A DNA stretch of 64,000 nucleotides from Myxococcales bacterium (lineage in GTDB: Bacteria; Myxococcota_A; UBA9042; UBA3505): the NCBI GenBank assembly GCA_002728755.1, contig PBVT01000008.1, positions 5,189-69,188 of the forward strand, in the 5' to 3' direction. Position numbers and translations under genes: made by a program. Positions within the stretch are counted from its first letter, which is position 1. Each line of letters opens with the position of its first letter. The notes beneath the pieces are model-generated. The model saw only the letters and a program-made list of their open reading frames with translations, ran no database searches and was not told the origin of the DNA. This document shows positions 20,124 through 29,970 of the stretch, piece after piece.

Positions 20124-21018
20124 GAGCCAGAGGAAAAACCGACGCCAAACAAGCGTCTTCAAGCGAGTCCAGGGCGGTGGATATGTGCTCCTCCTGAGTT
20201 TTCAACGAGTACTCCCGGGCCTGCTCCTCTTTGTAACGATGGCGGCCTTACCCTGGCTGGGGCATGCCTCGTGGAAGTATTTGACCCACAGTCCGTTCTT
20301 TGAGATCCGCCACGTCGTCGTTCGCGGAAATCATCACGTACCCACGAAAAATGTACGGCAGATCATCGCAGACGTCAGTGGCGAAAACGTCCTCAAGCTC
20401 GACAAAGATCGTATTGCATCTGCCCTGATCGCGACCGGCTGGGTAAAGCGTGTCGACATCTCAAGAGATCTGCCACGAACCGTATACATCGACGTACAAG
20501 AGTTTGTGCCCGTGGCTACCATCGTTACGGATGGGATTCACCTTATCGAAGCAAGTGGGGATGTCTTCCGGACTATCGAACCGAAAGACCCGATCGTTCG
20601 CCCCATGATCACCGGCATTACGCATGTCGATCCAGAAATCCAATACCAACTGATCCGGCGCGCCCTGATTCTCGCCGAATCCTATAAGCAAGCCGGGATG
20701 AATCGTTTCGACCCACTAACGATCATACATCACGATCCTGCCCGGGGCTTTGCCCTCGTCACCGAGCAACATCGAGTCGTGGCCTACATCGGACACGAAG
20801 AATTCGCAAAAAGAATTCAAAAACTTCGCTTTGTGATCGACGACGCTTTACGTCGTGGAAAAGGGGTGCCGGGAACCATTCATGCAGATCTTGGGGACCA
20901 ACGTGTGGTGGTAAAACCAAGAATTTCTAATTCCGCGACTCAAAAACCCAAATTCGCGACCGATTTGGGAGAGAAGAGTCCCGGTCCAAACCAGCTCGCA
21001 CATAAGAGAAAACTGTGA
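20113..21018 (+). CDS. ftsQ: cell division protein FtsQ/DivIB-like (TM + POTRA)
   Basis: A basic N-terminus, one TM helix and a POTRA-like region, in the position between murB and ftsA. There is no ddl gene. Confidence 0.6.
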   Translation: MGRKSQRKNRRQTSVFKRVQGGGYVLLLSFQRVLPGLLLFVTMAALPWLGHASWKYLTHSPFFEIRHVVVRGNHHVPTKNVRQIIADVSGENVLKLDKDRIASALIATGWVKRVDISRDLPRTVYIDVQEFVPVATIVTDGIHLIEASGDVFRTIEPKDPIVRPMITGITHVDPEIQYQLIRRALILAESYKQAGMNRFDPLTIIHHDPARGFALVTEQHRVVAYIGHEEFAKRIQKLRFVIDDALRRGKGVPGTIHADLGDQRVVVKPRISNSATQKPKFATDLGEKSPGPNQLAHKRKL

Positions 21019-21060
21019 AAACGAATCGAAGCGCTAAGACCTTACGTAGAGGAAGACCAA

Positions 21061-22296
21061 ATGGGACGTAGAGATGACTTTGTAGTCGGACTCGATATCG
21101 GCACACGCCACGTACGAGCAGTCGTGGCAGAAGCTGACGAGAAAGGCGTACATATTACCGGTATTGGGCAGGCCGACGGCCTGGGCCTCCGTGGAGGCAC
21201 GGTGGTAAACATAGAATCCACCACCCGAGCAATTCAGAAAGCGATCGACGACGCCGGCCGTATGGCTGGGTGCGAAGTCGGCCGTGTATACGTATCTGTC
21301 GGTGGACAACACCTGGAAGGATCAAACAGCCAGGGTGTAGTCGCAATCAAGGATGGCGAAGTCTCCGAAGATGATCGGGACCGAGTCCTCGACGCTGCAC
21401 GAGCTATCAAGCTCTCCTCCGATCGTGAATTCCTGCAGATGTTACCGCAGAAATTCCGAGTCGATGATACGGAAGGAATCCGTGACCCCATCGGTATTAC
21501 CGGTGTGCGGCTAGAAGCCAGGGTACATGTGATTACAGGGGCAAAAGCTAGCCTTCAAAATCTGCGCCGCTGCGTCATCCAGTCTGAGCTCGACATCGCA
21601 GGAATCGGAGCAAGCCCATTAGCTGCTAGTTCCGCTACGCTCTATGACGACGAGAAGGAATTGGGCGTCGTTCTGGTAGATATCGGTGCCGGAACCACAG
21701 ATGTATCCATCTGGCACGATGACGCCCTGGTCCATACGGCCGTACTACCCTTTGGGGGCAATCACGTAACGAGTGATGTCGCCTTTGGTCTGCGCACGCC
21801 GAGAGCCGAGGCCGAACGTATTAAATGCCGGTCCGGTTGTGCTACGGTTCACCTGGTTGATGAGGAAGACATCATTGAAGTCCCCTCTGTCGGCGGTCGC
21901 CAACCCACGGAACAGAGTCGTCAGTTCCTCGCAGAGATTATCGAACCGCGTGTCTCGGAAATTCTCGAGATGGTGCGCGAAGAGGTTCGAAAGTCCGGTT
22001 ACCAGGAGCTGCTCGCCTCTGGAATCGTACTTACTGGCGGCACAGCAAATCTCGAAGGGATCTCCGATATGGCAGAAGAGATCTTCGGGACGCCCGTACG
22101 AATTGGGGTCCCTGAGAATATCTCTGGGCTCAAGGATATGGTCGCCGACCCGTCCTTTTCCGTTGCGGTCGGTCTAGTAAAGCACGGCTTCGCCGCTGCC
22201 GAGTCCGCCCAATTCGAAGCCTATCGGCGTTCACAGAATAGTCCCATGAACTGGCTCGGAGAGCGAATGCGGCGAGTTGCTTCGATTTTCTTTTAA
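21061..22296 (+). CDS. ftsA: cell division protein FtsA (actin-like ATPase)
   Basis: An actin/HSP70 fold with the DIGT phosphate-1 motif and a C-terminal amphipathic tail. Confidence 0.85.
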   Translation: MGRRDDFVVGLDIGTRHVRAVVAEADEKGVHITGIGQADGLGLRGGTVVNIESTTRAIQKAIDDAGRMAGCEVGRVYVSVGGQHLEGSNSQGVVAIKDGEVSEDDRDRVLDAARAIKLSSDREFLQMLPQKFRVDDTEGIRDPIGITGVRLEARVHVITGAKASLQNLRRCVIQSELDIAGIGASPLAASSATLYDDEKELGVVLVDIGAGTTDVSIWHDDALVHTAVLPFGGNHVTSDVAFGLRTPRAEAERIKCRSGCATVHLVDEEDIIEVPSVGGRQPTEQSRQFLAEIIEPRVSEILEMVREEVRKSGYQELLASGIVLTGGTANLEGISDMAEEIFGTPVRIGVPENISGLKDMVADPSFSVAVGLVKHGFAAAESAQFEAYRRSQNSPMNWLGERMRRVASIFF

Positions 22297-22410
22297 CTTT
22301 CTTCGTCGTGTTCTTTCGGAGTTGCCGGACTCCATAGCAAAGAATGCGACCCAACTTTCAATGGCAAAATGCCAATCAAAAATTCCTGATAGCACGGGGA
22401 GGAGATTTCC

Positions 22411-23676
22411 ATGATTACGATTGAATGCCAAAGTAACGCCAAGATCAAAGTGATCGGCGTTGGTGGTGGAGGCGGAAACGCCATTAACAACATGGTTGAA
22501 GGCGAACTCCAGGGAGTGGAGTTCATAGCCTGTAATACCGATGGACAAGCGCTGGAGAACAGCCACGCCGACGAGAAGCTACGTCTCGGCGAGAAATTGA
22601 CTGGAGGCCTTGGCGCAGGCGCCGACCCACAGATTGGTTGGAAGTCGGCAATGGAAAGCCAGACCAATATCGCGGGCCTCCTTGACGGGTCCGATATGTG
22701 TTTCGTCACCGCTGGCCTTGGTGGTGGTACGGGAACAGGGGGTGCCCCTGTAATCTGTCAGGCCGCCAAGGATATGGGTATCCTTACGGTTGCCGTCGTG
22801 ACCATGCCTTTCTCCTTCGAAGGAGCCCGTCGTCGTAAGAATGCGAATATGGGCTTGGATCAGCTTAAGAAATGCGTCGACACCCTCATCGTGATTCCGA
22901 ACGACCGACTGATCGAGATCGCGGATGATAATATGACGATGCTAGACGCCTTCAAATGCGCCGATCATATCCTGCTCTCCGCAGTACGTGGAATCAGTGA
23001 CATCATCGTAACGCCAGGTCTCATCAATGTGGACTTTAAAGATGTCCGCTCCATCATGATGGACGGTGGACTCGCGCTGATGGGACAAGGTCGCGCCAGC
23101 GGAGAAGGTCGCGCACTGGCAGCAGCGCAGGCGGCAACATGTAGCCCATTATTGGACGGTGTAAGCCTTCACGGTGCCACCGGCATCCTGGTCAACATCA
23201 CCGGTGGACAGGATATGACCCTTCGTGAGGTCAACGACGCCATGAGTTACGTCCAACAGGAGGCTCACCCGGAGGCTAATATTATCTTCGGTTCGGTTGT
23301 GAATTACGCACAGCATGACGAAGTCAGCGTAACCGTTATCGCCACAGGTGGAAACGAAGCGCGTACTGAGGTGAGCGACAACACGGAAGAATATGTCTTT
23401 GAGACTATGACGCAACCTACCCGTCTGCAGGCCCAGCAAGAGACGAGCCTGCCAACGGTACAGAACGCGTTTGAGCTTCCGGCCACACAACGGCGAGGCG
23501 CTAAACTTCGCGGTGCGCCGTCCCAGGGTCTGGATATGAGTACCGGTAATACCTCATCTCCCGCTCCTCTGACGGAATCACCGAACGTCGAGGCGATGAT
23601 GTCTCAAAACGAGAGTGAATACGACACTCCAGCGTTTCTTCGTCGGCACAAGGATGTGCAGGACTCGACGAAATAA
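22411..23676 (+). CDS. ftsZ: cell division GTPase FtsZ
   Basis: The tubulin signature GGGTGTG is present, together with the conserved C-terminal peptide DTPAFLRR after a long variable linker. Confidence 0.95.
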   Translation: MITIECQSNAKIKVIGVGGGGGNAINNMVEGELQGVEFIACNTDGQALENSHADEKLRLGEKLTGGLGAGADPQIGWKSAMESQTNIAGLLDGSDMCFVTAGLGGGTGTGGAPVICQAAKDMGILTVAVVTMPFSFEGARRRKNANMGLDQLKKCVDTLIVIPNDRLIEIADDNMTMLDAFKCADHILLSAVRGISDIIVTPGLINVDFKDVRSIMMDGGLALMGQGRASGEGRALAAAQAATCSPLLDGVSLHGATGILVNITGGQDMTLREVNDAMSYVQQEAHPEANIIFGSVVNYAQHDEVSVTVIATGGNEARTEVSDNTEEYVFETMTQPTRLQAQQETSLPTVQNAFELPATQRRGAKLRGAPSQGLDMSTGNTSSPAPLTESPNVEAMMSQNESEYDTPAFLRRHKDVQDSTK

Positions 23677-23698
23677 CCGTCAATATACCCCCGTGCTC

Positions 23699-23735
23699 GG
23701 GCGGTGCCGATTTCGGTCGGCACCGCCCTTTTTTT
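23699..23735. terminator. strong bidirectional rho-independent terminator after ftsZ
   Basis: GGGCGGTGCCGA-loop-TCGGCACCGCCC (12-bp GC-rich stem) is followed by TTTTTTT. It lies between the convergent ftsZ (+) and cinA (-) genes. Confidence 0.6.
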
Positions 23736-23766
23736 ATGGGCCAGAAGAACCTCTTCCCTGACCTAT

Positions 23767-24999
23767 CTAGTCGTCATCCTCTAATTCACGACATAGTGTA
23801 CTGACGGCCACATAGCCCACCAGGATTTGAAACCGCTTGCGGTCAAAACCTGCCAGTGTATGGCGTATGACTTCTACCCCTTTCGGGTGCGCAACAGCCA
23901 GATAGACCGTACCCACGGGCTTTTCCGCTGTTCCGCCCGATGGTCCGGCAATGCCTGTGACCGCAATGGCATGAGTCGCCTGAAGACGTTCCTGAGCTCC
24001 TAGCGCCATCGCCCTGGCCACGGGCTCACTGACGGCCCCATTCTTTGCGATCAATTCGGCCGGCACATCGAGAAGGGTCGATTTCGCTTCGTTGGCATAA
24101 CTCACGACTCCGCCCTGAAATACGCGGCTGCAATCGGGAACACGAGTGATTCGATGGGCGATCAAACCCCCGGTACAGGACTCCGCCAAAGCCAAAGTCG
24201 CCCCGGCACGATGGAGCCGCTCAATTGCGTCTTCGAAGAAATCTACCTCTGCGGATTCCGAAAATAAACACCAGGACAGCATGGCCCGTACGTCCTGAAG
24301 GAATTGTTCAAAACCTGGAAACGCATCGCGCGGCGATATCTTTAAACGTATCTCCGGAAAATGCGGTAGGGAACGAATCTTTACGTGGGAGTACCCCTCA
24401 ATAGCAGAGAGCTTCTCCTGCAATCGACTCTCCGTGATTCCAAAGATCCGAAATGTGACCTCTTGGGTCGGGTTCACGGATATCCCCGCCGCCCCCAGGA
24501 TCGTATCCTGATGTGCGCGTAGCATACCTTGGAACTCAAATGGTACGCCTGGAAGGCATACCAGAACATTCTGTCCGTGATGGACAAGAAAACCTGGAGC
24601 CGTCCCGAATTCGTTCGGAAGAGTCGTTGCTCCTTCCGGAATGTCCGCCTGGCGTAGATTCACCTCTGAAAATTCTCGGCCTCTTTTCTCAGCTCGAGCT
24701 CTGAGATGCTTCACGATGTCCTCGTTACGAACCAGAGGACTCCCAACGATCTTAGCTACCGCGAGACGCGTACAGTCGTCATCGGTTGGGCCAAGCCCAC
24801 CGGAGATAATGCATAGCGCTGGCTCCGTTGTGCTGTGCAGAACTTCTTTCGCAAGGGCATCCATCGTATCGGACACGATCGCCGTACGGTTCAGGGTAAG
24901 TCCTATCTCTCCAAGGACTTGGGCCGCACGATTCCCGTTGATTTCGATCGTCTCCCCTTTCAGGAGTTCATCACCAACCGCTATGAAAACTATTCGCAT
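23767..24999 (-). CDS. cinA: CinA family protein (MoCF-binding N-domain + nicotinamide-nucleotide amidohydrolase PncC-like C-domain)
   Basis: An N-terminal MRIVFIAVGDELL MoeA/CinA domain is followed by a C-terminal CinA deamidase domain. The start is chosen at ATG 24999; the ORF track extends to 25071. Confidence 0.75.
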   Translation of the reverse strand: MRIVFIAVGDELLKGETIEINGNRAAQVLGEIGLTLNRTAIVSDTMDALAKEVLHSTTEPALCIISGGLGPTDDDCTRLAVAKIVGSPLVRNEDIVKHLRARAEKRGREFSEVNLRQADIPEGATTLPNEFGTAPGFLVHHGQNVLVCLPGVPFEFQGMLRAHQDTILGAAGISVNPTQEVTFRIFGITESRLQEKLSAIEGYSHVKIRSLPHFPEIRLKISPRDAFPGFEQFLQDVRAMLSWCLFSESAEVDFFEDAIERLHRAGATLALAESCTGGLIAHRITRVPDCSRVFQGGVVSYANEAKSTLLDVPAELIAKNGAVSEPVARAMALGAQERLQATHAIAVTGIAGPSGGTAEKPVGTVYLAVAHPKGVEVIRHTLAGFDRKRFQILVGYVAVSTLCRELEDDD

Positions 25000-25215
25000 G
25001 GGACGTCTATCGCTCGCACCATCATCACTGTCAAGAGACCCGTTATCACAAGCCCGGGCTCGGGTGGTCAACCTGGTCTGGTCATAGTAGACTCGTAAAT
25101 TCCATTTCTTCGGTACAAGAAATTTCTGTCTCGAATCCGGGAATATTACACGGAATTACTTGGCTGTATGGAGTATTGCCGTAAAGTGTGGATAAAGTGC
25201 GCAAAGGTGTAATTC

Positions 25216-27423
25216 GTGGAAAGCCAACGAGAACAATTCATCTCTAGCCCTAAGGGTTCGATACCGCGACTCGTAACAACGCGATTGTTACCTCTGATTA
25301 TAGCCAGCTCCCTGGCCTGTAGCGGGCCGACCCAGAACCTTCAATCACAGAGCAGTGAGACTACGGAACCAGTGGTTACGAAGGCGGTGGCACCCACTCC
25401 CACCGTGACCGTATCAAAAACTCCGAAAGCCCTCCTGTTCGTGAAAGGCGCGAAAGATTCGGATGTAGCCACCGTAAACGGAAATCCACTCACTCTGGAC
25501 GTCAACGGGATGGCAACCCTGGCACCTGGAACCTATACGGTTGCGATCAAACGGGGGGAAGTCAGCTGGTCCCAGTCTGTGACCTTGAGTGCCGGACAAC
25601 CCACGACAATCGTCCCCCCCTGGTCCAAGGTGATCGCCAAGCCTGCGGCCAAGGAGACCCGCGCCGAACGTTTGGCCCGTACTCGTAAACAGCGACGTGC
25701 CCTTCGTATCTTCGAACGCGGTAAACGCCAACTTCGCCGTAAGAATATTGAGAAGGCTCTCGAGCTATTCCAAGAAGCCTACAGCGTGTATGAGCATCCA
25801 TACATCGAATACCGATTGGCCAGTGTGTACACAGAGCTTGGTCAGCCGACAGAGGCCTGCCCGTTCTGGCAGAAGGTCGATGGGCAGATTCGAAAATTCG
25901 AAGTAGATATCCAGCTACACCTCGCGGAATGTGCCTTGATACACGGAGATGCCGAGGCCGCTCTAGAACGTCTTGAGCCATTAAAGAGACGCGTCCGACG
26001 AGCAAAGAAGGCCTACTTCCAGATCCTGATGAGTGACGTCCTGCTTCGAACAGGTAATCTCGCGGATGCAGAACCGCTCTTGAATCTGGCGATGAAACGA
26101 CGTCTGAGTGGTCACCTGAAGAATATCTCCTCGGATCTCCTCTATCGGCTCCAGAATGAAAAATATGGTTTTCCTCTCGACAGCCCAGAACGAACGGAAT
26201 CAGCCGGCCTCGTGGATAAAGCACAAAAACTGCGCGGTCAGAAACGCTACCAATCGGCTATACGAGCATTACTTCGAGCCATTCATCTCCAGCCACACCC
26301 CAAACAGATCGTCTTACGCGATGCCCTGGTCCGTGAATGGTTGGAGTCCATGGCCCAACGTTCCACTGGAACTCCAGCGTTGACCGGATTGGCAGAAGGC
26401 CTGCGGAACTCCGGTATTCCCGATAGCCTACGACATGATGTATCGCAGGCCCTGCTCTCTGGTGCGGAGGCCCAGCTAGGTCGCGGTGCAACAAAGCGCG
26501 CGGCTCTCCTTGCCACGGCATCACGAGAATTCGAAGACACCGATGCCGCTCGACGTGTGTTGACCCAGGCTATGTCTTCGGCACAGAAAGTATTCGTACC
26601 GAAGGGTGTATATAGCGTTGGCACAAGTACTGATCAGCTGAACCAACTGGTTAAAGATTGTCGAGGCCAAACTCGCGACCCGTCCAAGTGCCGGGAGCAC
26701 CGATTCCGTGCTGAGCTTGAGCAGCATCGAGTCCAGGTACAAGGTTTCTACCTGGGACGTTACGAGGTAACGGTCAATGAATACCGAGCCTGTGTCGATG
26801 CCGGTATATGTACTCGCCAACATTTCGATATCGACGGTAGTTGTCCCTATCGTAAGCGTAATTCCGACAAGCTCCCGATGACCTGCGTCGATTGGAGTGG
26901 TGCACAACAATACTGCAGTTACGTTGGTGGTAGACTGCCCACAGAGAGCGAATGGGAAATCGCCGCCTCGGGTATGGGTCGTCGAATCTACCCCTGGGGA
27001 TTTACCGCTCCCAACAGTACACGAGCGAATTATGCCGACAAATCATCCGGGCGTGAGGGCACAGCATTCCCCTTCGATAATTCCAGTGATGATGGGTACG
27101 CCCGCACAGCTTCTGTTGGTTCGTTCCCACGCGGTTCTACACCGTCTGGGTTAATGGATATGGCAGGGAATGTCGCGGAGTGGTGTCTCGATTGGTACAA
27201 AAAATCAAGTTACTCACCTGCTACAGGAAAAGGCGCTCTCTCGAAAGATCCTCGTGGCCCATGTGATGGGCGTTCGCCCTGCAGCGGCCTATCCAAACGT
27301 TCGGTACGAGGAGCTGGCTACCAGGGACTTCCCTTCGAGCTTCGAAACCGGGGACGAAAGGGGGTCCGGCCCAACGAAACAAAGCCATGGCTCGGTTTCC
27401 GTTGCGCCTGGGATGTCCGTTGA
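25216..27423 (+). CDS. lipoprotein with TPR-like region and C-terminal formylglycine-generating-enzyme (FGE/SUMF1, DUF323) domain
   Basis: A signal peptide with lipobox (LACSG) precedes a helical repeat region. The C-terminus carries FGE hallmarks (YLGRYEVTVNEYRACV, RLPTESEWE, GNVAEWC). Confidence 0.65.
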   Translation: MESQREQFISSPKGSIPRLVTTRLLPLIIASSLACSGPTQNLQSQSSETTEPVVTKAVAPTPTVTVSKTPKALLFVKGAKDSDVATVNGNPLTLDVNGMATLAPGTYTVAIKRGEVSWSQSVTLSAGQPTTIVPPWSKVIAKPAAKETRAERLARTRKQRRALRIFERGKRQLRRKNIEKALELFQEAYSVYEHPYIEYRLASVYTELGQPTEACPFWQKVDGQIRKFEVDIQLHLAECALIHGDAEAALERLEPLKRRVRRAKKAYFQILMSDVLLRTGNLADAEPLLNLAMKRRLSGHLKNISSDLLYRLQNEKYGFPLDSPERTESAGLVDKAQKLRGQKRYQSAIRALLRAIHLQPHPKQIVLRDALVREWLESMAQRSTGTPALTGLAEGLRNSGIPDSLRHDVSQALLSGAEAQLGRGATKRAALLATASREFEDTDAARRVLTQAMSSAQKVFVPKGVYSVGTSTDQLNQLVKDCRGQTRDPSKCREHRFRAELEQHRVQVQGFYLGRYEVTVNEYRACVDAGICTRQHFDIDGSCPYRKRNSDKLPMTCVDWSGAQQYCSYVGGRLPTESEWEIAASGMGRRIYPWGFTAPNSTRANYADKSSGREGTAFPFDNSSDDGYARTASVGSFPRGSTPSGLMDMAGNVAEWCLDWYKKSSYSPATGKGALSKDPRGPCDGRSPCSGLSKRSVRGAGYQGLPFELRNRGRKGVRPNETKPWLGFRCAWDVR

Positions 27424-27496
27424 GAGATGGGCTCGTCCCTCTGGTCTAGCTGTCAGGGCTGAGCGGTTGGTGATTTGAGCATTATGCTTACGAGAC

Positions 27497-29161
27497 ATGG
27501 CCCCAAATCTACAATATATCTGCCCAGAGTGTCGCCATCGTACAAATGAACGGCGTTGCCCCTATGACGACACGCCGACCATACGATTCGACCTCATAAA
27601 GAACCCAAGCCAGGCCGACCCTCTGGTTGGTAAGACGGTTGATAATAAGTTCCTTGTTCTTCGACGTATTGCCCGAGGGGGAATGGCCAACGTCTATTGT
27701 GTAAAACATAATAAGACGGAAGCTGTCCTAGCCCTTAAGGTCCTATCCTCGGGCCTTGTAGAGGACATCAACGCTGTACGGCGATTCTTTAATGAAGCAC
27801 GTCTGGCGGCCACCCTTCGGCACCCCAACACGGTTCGGGTGTTCGATATAGGTAATACAGAAGATGGCGCGTGTTATATGGCCATGGAGTACCTGGAAGG
27901 GCATACCCTTGGACAAGCATTACGATTCCAAAGCCCTCTCGCGACCGAACGGGCCGTACATATTGCGAAACAAATCCTTCGCTCTCTCGGCGAAGCCCAC
28001 GGTCATAAGTTGGTACACCGAGATCTGAAGCCCGATAATATTTTCCTGATTCACCATTATGGGGTCCCCGATTTCGTAAAAGTTCTCGATTTCGGTATTG
28101 CCAAGGCATTATTGGATACCGCCGCGTCGCTCACCCAGACAGGCACGGTGGTTGGCACCCCTCGTTATATGTCGCCCGAACAAGCGCAGGCACACCCGGT
28201 AGACCCCCGAAGCGATCTCTATTCCCTCGGAGTGATTCTATACGAACTGGTTACAGGGCGAGCGCCATTTGAGGATGAGGTGCCGGTTCAGGTGTTGATG
28301 CAACATATCAACGACCCACCCGTCTCGGTAGAAGTGATTCGGCCAGAGCTTCCAGGAGACCTCACCAAATTGATCATGAATCTTCTGGAGAAAGAGCCAG
28401 ACGACCGCCCATCCGATGCGACAGCAGTCCTTCGTTCTCTGGGGGCGCTGGACTTGCCCCCATGGACCGGAGGCGACACCCCCGCTAGTCCACCGATCCG
28501 CCCCGTACAACACGACGCGCCCACAAATATATTTGTCTCGACCGGCCTGACCACAGATCCGGAGTCCAGTGGCGATCCAAGAGATACGGATCCCACCAAT
28601 AAGGTCGAACATACAACGCAACGCGGTGCTACTCCGCGTAGAGCAACCACAGCACCGCAGGCCGCTACTCCAACGGTTTCCCTTGATACTCAGCCGGGAG
28701 CTAAGACAAAGCATAACTCGGATACATTGGTTCAGCCCAAGGCCAAGTCCCGCCGTATGGCGATACTCCAATTCCTGGTCTTAAGTGTCACTGTCGTTGC
28801 CCTCTCCGTTATCGTCGTTATGCAGGCTACGAAAACACCGGCCAAAGGAACCGACGGCGACGAGAGGGATGGACAGCCAGATCATATAGAGATGGAGGAC
28901 AGCTCCTCTCCTGACGCCCCCTCGTCTATAGAGAAGGAATCCGCTGAGCCTGAAACCACACCTCCGGCCATCATTGAGGTCAAGCCGACCCCGCCTCCAA
29001 TTCGATCTGCTTCTGAGAAGAAAGATATAACAACGACGAAAGCCGAACAGGACACGCAATCTGTCCCATCGAAAGACACGCCAGATGTCCAGATACAACC
29101 GCCAACAAAAAAGAAAAAACGACCACGTCGTAAAGAAAAACCACTAGAGTGGAACCTCTAA
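27497..29161 (+). CDS. Ser/Thr protein kinase with N-terminal zinc-ribbon, TM segment and extracytoplasmic C-terminal region
   Basis: A CPECRHR..C zinc ribbon precedes Hanks kinase motifs (VAIK-like, HRDLKPDNIFL, DFGIAK, SPE). A Pro/Thr-rich linker leads to a TM helix near residue 435. Confidence 0.8.
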   Translation: MAPNLQYICPECRHRTNERRCPYDDTPTIRFDLIKNPSQADPLVGKTVDNKFLVLRRIARGGMANVYCVKHNKTEAVLALKVLSSGLVEDINAVRRFFNEARLAATLRHPNTVRVFDIGNTEDGACYMAMEYLEGHTLGQALRFQSPLATERAVHIAKQILRSLGEAHGHKLVHRDLKPDNIFLIHHYGVPDFVKVLDFGIAKALLDTAASLTQTGTVVGTPRYMSPEQAQAHPVDPRSDLYSLGVILYELVTGRAPFEDEVPVQVLMQHINDPPVSVEVIRPELPGDLTKLIMNLLEKEPDDRPSDATAVLRSLGALDLPPWTGGDTPASPPIRPVQHDAPTNIFVSTGLTTDPESSGDPRDTDPTNKVEHTTQRGATPRRATTAPQAATPTVSLDTQPGAKTKHNSDTLVQPKAKSRRMAILQFLVLSVTVVALSVIVVMQATKTPAKGTDGDERDGQPDHIEMEDSSSPDAPSSIEKESAEPETTPPAIIEVKPTPPPIRSASEKKDITTTKAEQDTQSVPSKDTPDVQIQPPTKKKKRPRRKEKPLEWNL

Positions 29162-29237
29162 GAGGGGGCAGAGATCCGCGTACGATCGCTTTGAGCTGTT
29201 GACATCCCCATGTCGTTTGGTAGACATGGCGCGGAAA

Positions 29238-29311
29238 GGCGGCATGGCCAAGTGGTAAGGCAGAGGACTGCAAATCCTTTATCCCCGGTTCGAATCCGGG
29301 TGCCGCCTCCA
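29238..29311 (+). tRNA. tRNA-Cys (anticodon GCA)
   Basis: A cloverleaf with a 7-bp acceptor stem GGCGGCA/TGCCGCC, anticodon loop CTGCAAA, T-loop TTCGAAT and a U73 discriminator (a Cys identity element). CCA is encoded. Length 74 nt. Confidence 0.85.
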
Positions 29312-29327
29312 GTCGAATCAAAGGGCT

Positions 29328-29930
29328 CTAAAGGGAGACCTCGGAAATACGCCATCCCCCGCCATGGGCCGAATCCATCTCTACAACGAGCGGGGCAGGG
29401 CTTCGCCCCGATGCGGCCAAAAAGACCTTCACGCGGCTCGCGTTCTTGGTTTCCACCGGGTCTGTACGGACGATATGAAAAGACTCTGGATCATCCGATG
29501 ATGCCAGATATTGAGCTTTCAACTTCAGGAAACGAGACCAGTTGAAACGGTAAAACCCACTAAACGACGCAACGTTCGCTCCCACATTGGAATGTACCAG
29601 TCTACGTAGACATTCCTGTACGGCGTCCTCATCATCCAACGTATCTATCGCCAACCGGAACAGAGAGATGATTGCCATGCGGAACGTATCTCCGGGGTTT
29701 GGAGGCCGGTGTCGATTCAGAATCGCGATCGCAATGCCAGACTCTGGGTCGATCTCTGCTGGTGCGGGAGTGGGGGCCGGTGTTCCAGGACTCTCTTCAG
29801 GTTCTGTACGTTCCGAAGTCATGCCCGCGAGCATGCTCCGGGCCTCTGCAAGGTCCCTCTCCGCCCGCTCAATGCGTTTCACAATCTCCTCGAGACTCAC
29901 GTCATCATGATCTTGTGTAGAGCCACCCAT
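29328..29930 (-). CDS. hypothetical protein
   Basis: A 200-aa ORF with protein-like composition, an acidic N-terminus and a Pro-rich linker. No recognisable motif. It ends 17 nt from the tRNA-Cys. Confidence 0.4.
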   Translation of the reverse strand: MGGSTQDHDDVSLEEIVKRIERAERDLAEARSMLAGMTSERTEPEESPGTPAPTPAPAEIDPESGIAIAILNRHRPPNPGDTFRMAIISLFRLAIDTLDDEDAVQECLRRLVHSNVGANVASFSGFYRFNWSRFLKLKAQYLASSDDPESFHIVRTDPVETKNASRVKVFLAASGRSPAPLVVEMDSAHGGGWRISEVSL

Positions 29931-29970
29931 CTCCCCACTTCCTCATAGGAAACCCAAGCGAAAACGCTCG

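Noticed and set aside
25000-25071. 24-codon N-terminal extension of CinA (MTTRARACDNGS...)
   Set aside because: The downstream Met gives the canonical CinA N-terminus MRIVFIAVGDELL, and the extension is low-complexity. The position is uncertain, so the longer start remains possible.
28980-29545. Three listed ORFs (28980..29321 -, 29158..29355 -, 29210..29545 +) overlapping the tRNA-Cys region
   Set aside because: They overlap a well-folded tRNA-Cys and the 3' end of the kinase gene. Their composition is Arg/Gly-rich noise typical of off-frame translation.
23690-29930. Possibility of an integrated element or genomic island around tRNA-Cys
   Set aside because: No integrase, recombinase, phage gene or flanking direct repeat was found. 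The neighbouring genes are housekeeping-like (CinA, kinase, Ctp).
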